This document shows positions 8,579-17,339 of a stretch of DNA of 53,113 nucleotides, in pieces. Where the stretch lies: contig LRSL01000038.1 in NCBI GenBank assembly GCA_001563335.1, forward strand, positions 1-53,113, written 5' to 3'. Position numbers and translations under genes: made by a program. The notes below the pieces were generated by a model. That model did no database searches, was not told the origin of the DNA, and saw only the letters and a list, made by a program, of their open reading frames with translations. Origin of the DNA: Candidatus Thorarchaeota archaeon SMTZ1-45 (lineage in GTDB: Archaea > Asgardarchaeota > Thorarchaeia > Thorarchaeales > Thorarchaeaceae). The first letter of the stretch is position 1. Each line of letters begins with the position of its first letter.

Positions 8579-9532
8579 ATGTCATCAAGACCTGACAGAA
8601 AACAACCGGATCGTACAAAATCATCTGGTTTCACGTGTCCTGAGTGTGGAGGCCGTGAGGTAGTGCAGGATTTGGAAAAGGGTGAACGCATCTGCGCCAC
8701 CTGCGGGCTTGTTGTTAGCGAACATCGTATTGACACAGGACCCGAATGGAGAGCATTCACCAGTGATGAGAAGGATGCAAGGTCACGGGCTGGTGCTCCA
8801 ACCAACTACGCGATCCATGACAAAGGACTCTCAACTATGATTGACTGGCGAGACCATGATTCACAAGGTAAACGATTTACCGCCAAGAAACGTTCTGAGA
8901 TTTACCGACTTAGGAAATGGCAGATTCGCACACGAGTCCACAGTTCTGTAGATAGAAATCTTGCTCAGGCTATGTCTGAACTTGATAGATTATCATCACA
9001 GCTAGGACTTACCAAAGGAATCAAGGAACTGGCAGCACTCTTGTATAGAAAACTAATCGTTCGAAGGCTTGCACGTAGCAGGTCCATCGATGCGATGGTT
9101 GGAGCGGCAATATATGCTGCATGCAGATTGAGACAAGCGCCACGTTCCCTTGAAGAGATTGCAAGACACTCGAGAGTGAGTCGTAAAAAGATTGGCCAAC
9201 ACTATCGTCTCCTGGTGGAGAAGTTGAAGTTGAGGATGCCAATCTCGGATCCAGCTAACTATGTCCCACGATTCATCACTCAGCTAAACCTACCAGGAAA
9301 GGTTCAGCAAAAAGTTCTCGAGATACTCGAGATGGCAAAAGAGAATCGAACACTAGTCACTGGGCGGGACCCACGTGGACTCGCAGCTGCTGCTATCTAT
9401 ATAGCATCAATCCTCATGGATCACAGAGTGACACAACGAGATATTGCGATGGCAGCTGGTGTTACAGAAGTGACAGTTAGGAACAGATACAAGGAGCTTG
9501 TACAGAAGCTCAATATTACAATGGCACCATAA
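8579..9532 (+). CDS. tfb: Transcription initiation factor IIB (TFB), paralog 1
   Basis: Zn ribbon CPECG...CATCG, IDTGPEWRAF, HDKGLST, RLRKWQ, two cyclin repeats and GVTEVTVRNRYKEL. Confidence 0.97.
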   Translation: MSSRPDRKQPDRTKSSGFTCPECGGREVVQDLEKGERICATCGLVVSEHRIDTGPEWRAFTSDEKDARSRAGAPTNYAIHDKGLSTMIDWRDHDSQGKRFTAKKRSEIYRLRKWQIRTRVHSSVDRNLAQAMSELDRLSSQLGLTKGIKELAALLYRKLIVRRLARSRSIDAMVGAAIYAACRLRQAPRSLEEIARHSRVSRKKIGQHYRLLVEKLKLRMPISDPANYVPRFITQLNLPGKVQQKVLEILEMAKENRTLVTGRDPRGLAAAAIYIASILMDHRVTQRDIAMAAGVTEVTVRNRYKELVQKLNITMAP

Positions 9533-9625
9533 TAATACATAGAGAGAGAAAATGAATCTGCACAGCACGCGAGGGATCTGGGCCCTCTTGACACCCAGTT
9601 TGCATTGGAGGGAACAAACACACAA

Positions 9626-10594
9626 ATGGCATCATCTAAAGTAGATGAAACAAGTAGGGAAGAAGTAATTCTGGAAACTCCTCAATTGATGTGCTCCGAC
9701 TGTGGGGGCACTGATGTTGTGAGGGATAACGAAAAGGGGGAATTGATCTGTACAACCTGTGGTCTAGTATTGAGTGACCATCGCATCGATACAGGTCCAG
9801 AGTGGAGAGCATTTACCTCCGACGAGCGCGACTCACGCGCACGTACTGGTGCTCCATCAAGCTATGCACTGCATGATAAAGGTCTCTCAACGATGATTGA
9901 CTGGCGAGACCGTGACTCGAAAGGGTCATCTTTCAGTGCTAAACAACGAGCACAGATCTATCGCCTCAGAAAATGGCAGATAAGGACAAGAGTTCATTCA
10001 TCTCTTGACCGAAACTTAGCGCAAGCAATGACCGAGATAGACAGGCTGTCATCGCAGCTTGGACTCTCTCATGGCTTACGAGAGCACGCTGCACGCATGT
10101 ACAGAAAGCTCATCGCTGGAAGGCTCTGGCGAAGTAGGTCAATCGATGCAACTGCTGCAGCCGCAGTCTATGCAGCATGTCGGCACAGGGGTTCCCCACG
10201 ATCAATCGAGGAGATAGCTGAACACAGCAGAGAGTCGAAAAAGAAAATCTCTGCTCACTACCGAATGCTGGTGACCAAGCTAAAGATTCGAATGCCAATA
10301 TCATCACCAGAAAATTATGTGTCCAGGTTTATCTCGGACCTCAACCTCCCTAGCGAGGTCCAAAAGATAACAATGGATATCCTCGAACAAGCAAAGAAAG
10401 TAAGGGGGTTAGTGACAGGCCGTGACCCAAGAGGTCTAGCCGCAGCGGCCATCTACATAGCCTCAATAATTTCTGACAACAGAGTCACACAGCGTGACAT
10501 CTCAAGAGTCAGTGGCGTCACTGAGGTTACAATCAGGAACCGCTACAAGGAGCTGGTGAGTAAACTTGAACTCACAATGGCTCCTTATCAGTAA
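9626..10594 (+). CDS. tfb: Transcription initiation factor IIB (TFB), paralog 2
   Basis: CSDCG...CTTCG, IDTGPEWRAF, HDKGLST and GVTEVTIRNRYKEL. ATG 9626 preferred over TTG 9605. Confidence 0.97.
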   Translation: MASSKVDETSREEVILETPQLMCSDCGGTDVVRDNEKGELICTTCGLVLSDHRIDTGPEWRAFTSDERDSRARTGAPSSYALHDKGLSTMIDWRDRDSKGSSFSAKQRAQIYRLRKWQIRTRVHSSLDRNLAQAMTEIDRLSSQLGLSHGLREHAARMYRKLIAGRLWRSRSIDATAAAAVYAACRHRGSPRSIEEIAEHSRESKKKISAHYRMLVTKLKIRMPISSPENYVSRFISDLNLPSEVQKITMDILEQAKKVRGLVTGRDPRGLAAAAIYIASIISDNRVTQRDISRVSGVTEVTIRNRYKELVSKLELTMAPYQ

Positions 10595-10603
10595 ACTTAA
10601 CTC

Positions 10604-10623
10604 GGCTGCAGGTATCTGCAGCC
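10604..10623 (+). terminator. Hairpin downstream of tfb2
   Basis: GGCTGCAG-GTAT-CTGCAGCC with a T-tract about 8 nt further on. Confidence 0.55.
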
Positions 10624-10697
10624 ACCTCACCTTTTTGGTTTGTATGTGTGTCGAGAGAACCACATGGTGATATCTTACACTCTAGTTGCTTTCCTCT

Positions 10698-12236
10698 TTA
10701 CACACCCCCCTCTGCAATTTCTGGAATAAGAGGTCGTGATTTTGCTTGGATATGGCTACTCTCGATTATGTTCTCTGTATGAGAGAAATCCATCTTCAAA
10801 GCTATTGAGGGGCAGAGAGCTCCAAACTCAAGTGAGTGTTTAAACTCACCATTGGCTGAACTAACAGCCTCATCAAAAGCCATCGCGAATTCAGAGAGTG
10901 AAACTTCATTTTGGAACATCACTGATATTGTGTAGTATGCTCGACTACCATTGATAGTACCCATAACTGTATAGTCGTTCAGCTGAGCACCTGTTTTCTT
11001 ACAGGCAGCTGCAATTCCTTCATTGACATGAGCATCAGAGAGTTTTTCACCTGTGAGATTGACGACTCTACCTTTGCGACCTATCCTGTAAACAGAGAAG
11101 GGATCAGTATCAATGAAGGTAAGCATGTCCCCTATTCGATATCGTGTATATCCCATTAGGTTTGTTAAAACAATCTCGTATCTGTGACCTTTCTTTACAT
11201 CAGACAGAGGAATCACTCTAGGGTCATCCTTCTGGGTGTCTGTTTCTGGAATGAACTCAAAGTAGTTGATATGTGGCAACAGTTGGATGCCATTATCTGT
11301 GTGATCCAAGAGAGTTGTGCCATAGATACCCTCTGAACCAGCATAGTTGTCCCAAAGAACAGCATTTGGTAAGGTTTCCGTGAGCCAGGGTTTGTAGGGG
11401 TCTGCATCAATTCCAGTGGCACCCACCATGATGAGATTGGGCCAGAGGGTTTGAAGATCGAGCGTTCCATCGTCATTTAGTGATTCTCGAATTCGCTGTT
11501 CATGTTTTGAGCCTTTAAACTCATGAAGTAGACTTAGCCCATACTCATTCTGCATCTTTCTGATGAATGAGATTGCCAGAGTTGTTATCCCCGCTAAAGC
11601 AGTGACATTCTCCTTTACACCATACTTCGCATACGCCCAGAGCTTCTCTTGAATGTTAGTCATGTTGAAGACTTCTTCTCCAGGTTTGATGAGATTGCGA
11701 AGAAGAGAATTAGCAACCATTTCTCGTGAGATACCAGTCATATATCCTTGAGGGACTCCATTTATTTCTCCAATTCGTGCTGGTGCTGCAAAAGTGACCA
11801 TAGTTCCATCGAAAATCTTTTCGTTCCCTTGTTTTCCGTTAATGAATGACATCAAGAACAGCATGCTCGCTTCAGAATAATCAGCCAATCCTGCTTTGCT
11901 TATTGGCAGAGCTTTGGGTTTTCCTGTAGAACCGCTGCTCTGAACATACCAAATTACAGGATCAGCTGTTATTATTGGAATCGTTGGTGTTGCATGAATC
12001 TGTTTCCAGTAAGGCTTCATTGTATGATAATCTTGAAGTGGTACAGTCTCGCTAAATTGTTCTGGAGTCTTGATCTTGGAGAACATATGGTTTCTCCCAA
12101 ACATAGTATGACTATGTTTCTCAAGTATCGACATGAGCTTGGCGTTAGTCATCTCGATAGGTCTATTGAGGATTTCAGCTATCTGCTTCGCCTTCCTCTT
12201 TGCCAAGAGGGGAATGAGCTTGCTGATCACTCCCAT
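10698..12236 (-). CDS. GH3-family acyl-acid amido synthetase
   Basis: SSGSTGKPK, NYAGSEG, YFEFIP, YEIVLTN and RYRIGD. Start at MGVISK is preceded by GGGTGA. Confidence 0.9.
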   Translation of the reverse strand: MGVISKLIPLLAKRKAKQIAEILNRPIEMTNAKLMSILEKHSHTMFGRNHMFSKIKTPEQFSETVPLQDYHTMKPYWKQIHATPTIPIITADPVIWYVQSSGSTGKPKALPISKAGLADYSEASMLFLMSFINGKQGNEKIFDGTMVTFAAPARIGEINGVPQGYMTGISREMVANSLLRNLIKPGEEVFNMTNIQEKLWAYAKYGVKENVTALAGITTLAISFIRKMQNEYGLSLLHEFKGSKHEQRIRESLNDDGTLDLQTLWPNLIMVGATGIDADPYKPWLTETLPNAVLWDNYAGSEGIYGTTLLDHTDNGIQLLPHINYFEFIPETDTQKDDPRVIPLSDVKKGHRYEIVLTNLMGYTRYRIGDMLTFIDTDPFSVYRIGRKGRVVNLTGEKLSDAHVNEGIAAACKKTGAQLNDYTVMGTINGSRAYYTISVMFQNEVSLSEFAMAFDEAVSSANGEFKHSLEFGALCPSIALKMDFSHTENIIESSHIQAKSRPLIPEIAEGGV

Positions 12237-12544
12237 CAGAGAATCACCCTTCCCAGTGATTCCTGAATTTGATATGACCAAAGTCTATACTTTCGAATTG
12301 ACATCTAGTCTTGCCTCCTTTGGTTTCTTGAGATTTCTCCTGAAACCGTATGCTGCTTTCAATGAACACTGGATTCTATTTGTCCTCTGTCTGAAAGACA
12401 TACATGCTATTGGTGTTGGAAAACAATTTAAAAAATCAAAAAAATTCAGCGAACTGAATATAAGCCATAATAATGCTTCTTTGGTATTTTAAAATTCTAT
12501 TCGTTCTTTTTGATTTTCTCTAGAGTCGAAAAGTGCAATCAGAC

Positions 12545-13015
12545 CTAACCAATATCCCAACGTTCGTAGGTCCGAACTAATCCTGGAAGACTAATGTCCT
12601 GCTTATCTCGTCCAGAGTTATGGAATCCAAAAATCACCACTAATAGCTCTATTGCTGAAACGGAGATGACTCCCAATGACAAGCAGAACATAAAGATGAG
12701 ATATTCTGATAGAGGACCTGAAGAGTAAGCAATAGGTGCGATTGTATCGATAGCAATGGTAATTGAAATTATTGAAAGTGCAAGAGCACCGACCTTGACT
12801 CCCACCGAATCTCTTGTACTCAGCCTAATCATTATGCTATCCATTACTCCCAATAATAGCGGGACTAGAAATATCAAAATACTAGGTACAGCACTTTCGG
12901 TTGTGTAGTGGATCCATTGAATCCCAACTACTGAGAAGTACATTGCAGCACGTAGGATATTGATTATCTTCAATTGTTTTGCAGTATTACTCCTAACAAC
13001 TTCCTCCTCATACAA
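12545..13015 (-). CDS. Hypothetical 4-TM membrane protein
   Basis: Four hydrophobic helices in 156 aa. Confidence 0.65.
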   Translation of the reverse strand: MYEEEVVRSNTAKQLKIINILRAAMYFSVVGIQWIHYTTESAVPSILIFLVPLLLGVMDSIMIRLSTRDSVGVKVGALALSIISITIAIDTIAPIAYSSGPLSEYLIFMFCLSLGVISVSAIELLVVIFGFHNSGRDKQDISLPGLVRTYERWDIG

Positions 13016-13272
13016 TATTGTTCAAATGTACAAAGAAGAGCCATGATATATTAATTGGCTTTTGAGAATGCGATATTGATGTCGTACCAGAGTCTTTATT
13101 GCAGGTATGGACACAAGTCTCTATAGATAAATGAAATGAGAGGATTAAATTAGATTCTAAATTTAAAATGATGCTAGAATCCTCTCGCTGATCGTCATAG
13201 CACTTAAAAATAAAAGATGGGTCTTATGAGGTCTTATTCTTCAAGAACCTAACCCTTAGTAGTTTTTTCTAA

Positions 13273-14037
13273 ATGAGAACAATTATGCTAACACAACTTG
13301 AGGATCAACTTATTGCAGCTCATAGCGAAGCAAATGGACAGGGAATGATAGATGTCACCCTCCCACTTCAGGTGATGTTCAGCAATACCGACAGGACCAT
13401 ATGCAAAGCTAAGCTCCGTTATCATAATCCAGATAGAGATGCAAGTCTAATCTTGATTGTTGGTCTACGTAGTGACATCCTTTCCCCATTCCAACGTTTT
13501 GAGGTGGACCGGAAGGGGAGGTATCTCCCATGTGACATTCTAGGAATTGTACCAGGATTAGCCCTTATGGTAACATCAATTAACACTGGATTGGCGCTTA
13601 GTGCCATCGCAAAAGACAACACGACAAGACTTGTACTGGTCTTTGAAGGTATTTCAGGAAGGAAGGGTGGTAGCTTGAAATCACTGTCTGCTTCAGTCAG
13701 TTATTTCATGCAAAGATGGACTGAATGGACTGATGTCTTATTAGGTATCATTCGTCGAGACCCTATAGTTGTTAGTTGGGACATAGACTGGAGAGAGTTC
13801 CTCGCTGGAGAATCAGGATTCGTCACAATGCCGTGGTTCCGTCCAATGACATTCTCTGAACGAGAGTTGGCTTTACGGAGAGTATTGGTAGCCTCGAAAG
13901 CACTCTTAGCTTCAGTCCTTAGTGAAACCCAGCTAAGAGATCCAATGATTCTTGGTTTGAAAGATTGGCTGGATGACCTTCAACCACTACCAGAAGTGAT
14001 TGGTGGAATACAAGTCAGTGAGGAGGTTGAAATCTAA
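13273..14037 (+). CDS. Hypothetical protein
   Basis: 254-aa ORF abutting the next gene; no family recognised. Confidence 0.75.
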   Translation: MRTIMLTQLEDQLIAAHSEANGQGMIDVTLPLQVMFSNTDRTICKAKLRYHNPDRDASLILIVGLRSDILSPFQRFEVDRKGRYLPCDILGIVPGLALMVTSINTGLALSAIAKDNTTRLVLVFEGISGRKGGSLKSLSASVSYFMQRWTEWTDVLLGIIRRDPIVVSWDIDWREFLAGESGFVTMPWFRPMTFSERELALRRVLVASKALLASVLSETQLRDPMILGLKDWLDDLQPLPEVIGGIQVSEEVEI

Positions 14038-14505
14038 ATGCAGATTGACGATTTTCTTCGTAGCATCCCACTTGCGCCATTTACTATGCCACAGATAGCA
14101 TGGCTTGCAGGAGCAGTTGCAGGACTGAAGTTTGCAAGTAATAGAAGTCCTAGTTGGCTCTGGGAAGATTTCTATGAAGATATCTACGAAATGATTGGCT
14201 TGATAGGCCATGTTGAGCCTGCAGATCCAGGCACATCACCACAGGATGGTGATGGACAAGTTGGTTCAGCATTTGAAGCTCTTGGTGGTTATGTAAGTGT
14301 GGTTGGCGAGATGACGCCAGTGGGTCTGTACTTTCGAGTACCACTATCCTATCAAGGAAGTGTCATTCAACTTCTAGACGGTTTGACAATATTACATGTT
14401 CATGGCGAAATTGTGATTGCAGCCGCTGACTTACCAGCATTTCTTCGGCTTGTACCGATTAAGGGACCCCTGGCTGAGTGGCTTGAAGAAGAGGATATTC
14501 TATGA
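14038..14505 (+). CDS. Hypothetical acidic protein
   Basis: 155-aa ORF starting right after the upstream stop, with GGAGGT just upstream. Confidence 0.75.
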   Translation: MQIDDFLRSIPLAPFTMPQIAWLAGAVAGLKFASNRSPSWLWEDFYEDIYEMIGLIGHVEPADPGTSPQDGDGQVGSAFEALGGYVSVVGEMTPVGLYFRVPLSYQGSVIQLLDGLTILHVHGEIVIAAADLPAFLRLVPIKGPLAEWLEEEDIL

Positions 14506-14520
14506 GATTGATTGCAACCT

Positions 14521-16485
14521 TCAACTCTCCCATGGGTCTATGAATTTACTCTTCTGAAATATTCTCTGAAATGTAGTCATCTGGTATGTCTTGTAGGATC
14601 GTAGTCTTGCTGTAATTGATTGGGTTGTAATCTTTTGTTTCGCATTCCCTCCCGAGAGTTTCTCTCGTATTACCCCACCAACAACATCTGTCTTGTAAGG
14701 AGGTAATCGTATGTAAGCGACCATATTTGTTGACTTGTCGATGAACACATGCACAAAAGGAATCCTCGATATCATCCAATCGATGAAAGGTTTTCTTAAC
14801 TGAGGTTCCTTGAAGGCACCAGCAATAAGCATCCCTTCAGGTAAACCACAGTACTCAAGTGCAGGAGCATAAAGAAGTCGAAAGATATTGTCATCAAGCA
14901 TTTTATGAAGATACTGTCGTGTGGTCTTTGGAACTAGTCCTAACCGTTCCATCATCCACATTCGAGATTTTCGGAGACCTCTAAAAGTTAAAAGAGGACC
15001 AATTAGGTCGATTTGCCTTGTCGTTAGTTTAACAGTGGGTTTTGTATCATACTCGGTCTTGCGATAGAGCCAGGAGTGATTTCTCTCAAGAATTTTTGAA
15101 GCAGGTTTCCATGGTTCGAGAATCCAAGTTTTACTCTTCTTGTCATATAGGTCTAATCTCATTGAAATGAGTTCTGAGTTGAGAGTCATCTGAATGCAAT
15201 TTGGAGATACAGAATTTGTGGGGCCTTCACTATCCATTGGTTCAATATGAACTGTGCATCCATCGTGACTAGATTCTGAGAGCACCATCTTTTTGATCAA
15301 TCCAGCACTTGTTATACTGGGTTTCTGTTTTTCAGTGAAAACAAAGCGATATCTAAGACCCATCTTTGATAAGGTTGGGAGATATCTCTCAGTAAGAATC
15401 ATTGCCATTCGATGCAATGTATAATGAGCCATTCTTCTCTTTGTACCAGTCACCATGTCAACTTCTGACGCTACAGGTCGTCCAGCTTGTTCACACTTAG
15501 ATAGGAGCTTGCATATCTTGTAGAGTGGTTCGAAATCAAGGATGTTAATATTACCTCTAAACATCTTTAACATCGGTTCATGGTCTGTAGCTGTTGGCCC
15601 GTCAGGACGTAAAGCATGGATGTTCCATCGTGTTAAAGTCATCCTTTGGAGATCTGTTTCATCAAGAGACACCGACTTAGCTCCCCGCCTCTCTCCAATT
15701 TCCTCTAGGACTTCTGCTGCGATTCTTTGTCTTGTTTTATCGACAACACGTTTTGGTGAATCTCTATCAATACTTAGAAACCTTGACCATTTATCGATTT
15801 TATCGGATAATGGATCTTGGGGCGCTAGACTTCTAACAACCAAAGCATTCTGGATGAGAATCCCTGTGAGTGATTCCTTTATCTTCTCAAGATCATCAAG
15901 AACATCTTCGACCTTTTTATCTGATATCAGTGAATCATAAATTTTCTCGAGACCGTCAAGCCTGAATTCTTCAACCTTGATCGACCAGAGAGGCAAGAGC
16001 CATGGAATCGCTCCACCAACAAAGTCAGATATGATATTGATAGAAAAAAGAGCTGCAGAAAGTGAATCAAGTCCTTGCGGAACGAGCGGCCAATTATAAT
16101 CTTTAGGAGCATCTTCTATAACAAACCGTGAAAACACATATGACAATGTGTCAATCTCATCAGAACTTAGGTTTGTTGGAAAGAGTGACTTCACTTGCAT
16201 TCTTGTATTAGATCCAACTGGGACTAGTGGTCTCATTTTTGTCGTCACTTTTCGTGTGACCTCTTCATATCCAAGGGCCCGGTTGATTGTTGATTCAGTA
16301 CTAACCTCATTTGGAAGTGGTTGCAGACGAAACTTGCTCTCAAAGAGCCGCTCGTCTAATTTAGCTGACTGCACCTTCCATGTCGAAGAATCAGCTATGA
16401 GATTTTGAAGGATGGTGAGATCCTCAACCATTCGTCCTTTCCTCAGCCAGTCAACAGTAACTTTAGCTCGCTTTCCCATCGTCAT
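14521..16485 (-). CDS. Large protein with an unknown N-terminal domain and tandem Lrp/AsnC-like (wHTH + ferredoxin-like) modules
   Basis: HTH1 followed by YLPTLSKMGL; linker RLDLYDKKSKTW; HTH2 (LTTRQIDLI...ERLGLVPKTTRQYLHKMLDDNIF) followed by PALEYCGL. Start moved to 16485/16479 to avoid overlap with the divergent gene. Confidence 0.7.
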   Translation of the reverse strand: MTMGKRAKVTVDWLRKGRMVEDLTILQNLIADSSTWKVQSAKLDERLFESKFRLQPLPNEVSTESTINRALGYEEVTRKVTTKMRPLVPVGSNTRMQVKSLFPTNLSSDEIDTLSYVFSRFVIEDAPKDYNWPLVPQGLDSLSAALFSINIISDFVGGAIPWLLPLWSIKVEEFRLDGLEKIYDSLISDKKVEDVLDDLEKIKESLTGILIQNALVVRSLAPQDPLSDKIDKWSRFLSIDRDSPKRVVDKTRQRIAAEVLEEIGERRGAKSVSLDETDLQRMTLTRWNIHALRPDGPTATDHEPMLKMFRGNINILDFEPLYKICKLLSKCEQAGRPVASEVDMVTGTKRRMAHYTLHRMAMILTERYLPTLSKMGLRYRFVFTEKQKPSITSAGLIKKMVLSESSHDGCTVHIEPMDSEGPTNSVSPNCIQMTLNSELISMRLDLYDKKSKTWILEPWKPASKILERNHSWLYRKTEYDTKPTVKLTTRQIDLIGPLLTFRGLRKSRMWMMERLGLVPKTTRQYLHKMLDDNIFRLLYAPALEYCGLPEGMLIAGAFKEPQLRKPFIDWMISRIPFVHVFIDKSTNMVAYIRLPPYKTDVVGGVIREKLSGGNAKQKITTQSITARLRSYKTYQMTTFQRIFQKSKFIDPWES

Positions 16486-16565
16486 CACTTGATAGAAACA
16501 GCTCCACTTATCACTATAGGATACACACCTTAGGAGCTTATTAGCATAGAGCAACACTATGTTAC

Positions 16566-17159
16566 ATGAGGCAAAATCAATTAATCCTGGAGTTTTCGTC
16601 CTCGATTCCAGATTATTCTTCTTCCCTTCAAGAGACCCTGACAGAAAGTCTCTGGGACACAGCCAAGGACGAATCACTTCACATCATTCTTAGGGAGCCA
16701 GCACTTCTCGAGCTTGCAAGGCGTCAGGAACCTGGAGTTCTTGCATATTGTGATAGACTCCTCCTCTCTGATGATCAAGAGTACTGGTTCTCTGCATTGA
16801 AGGTGCTAGAGCGACTGAATACATATGATGCAATCAAGAGGTTACTGGTTATCTGTGGGTACTCTTGTATTGAGGATAGAAAGATCGTAATGCATGTTCT
16901 TGCCCGAGTGTTGACACCTGCTCATCGAGAGGGATTCCGAAGGATACTTCGTTCCATCATTACTCCAGGTGTAATTGATGTAACAGGTTGGTCAACTACA
17001 GCACTGAGTGTTCTCAATGCAGTATGTTTCGATAAGGGAATCATTGTAGAAACCTCTATCAACTCTCTTGCTAGGTCTTTCAAACAGCCAGAAGCTATAA
17101 AGAAAACAACATCTTCTATTTATATTCAATCAAATAAACAACGAGAAAAGCACCTATAG
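16566..17159 (+). CDS. HEAT/ARM-repeat-like helical protein
   Basis: Repeated amphipathic helix pairs (LLELARR..GVLAYCDRLL; ALKVLERL..DAIKRLL; RKIVMHVLARV). Confidence 0.6.
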   Translation: MRQNQLILEFSSSIPDYSSSLQETLTESLWDTAKDESLHIILREPALLELARRQEPGVLAYCDRLLLSDDQEYWFSALKVLERLNTYDAIKRLLVICGYSCIEDRKIVMHVLARVLTPAHREGFRRILRSIITPGVIDVTGWSTTALSVLNAVCFDKGIIVETSINSLARSFKQPEAIKKTTSSIYIQSNKQREKHL

Positions 17160-17339
17160 ACCTGATTTTCCTGAACACTCAGTGGTCGTGATGATCATCA
17201 TTGAAAACCTAAGGTAACAGATTAGTAATAATAAAGCCTAGTTGTTGATAGAATCGAAATCCTAAGGGAAATGGGAATCTCTCTTACAAAGAAGATATGG
17301 GTTATTGTTGGTTGACTGCTACAGGAATAGAAGAAGTTA

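Noticed and set aside
12133-12492. 119-aa plus-strand ORF
   Set aside because: Overlaps the GH3 start and runs through A-tract low-complexity intergenic DNA.
16486-16677. N-terminal extension of the 718-aa ORF
   Set aside because: Overlaps the divergent gene at 16566 and has atypical composition; the start at 16485/16479 gives a length matching the paralog.
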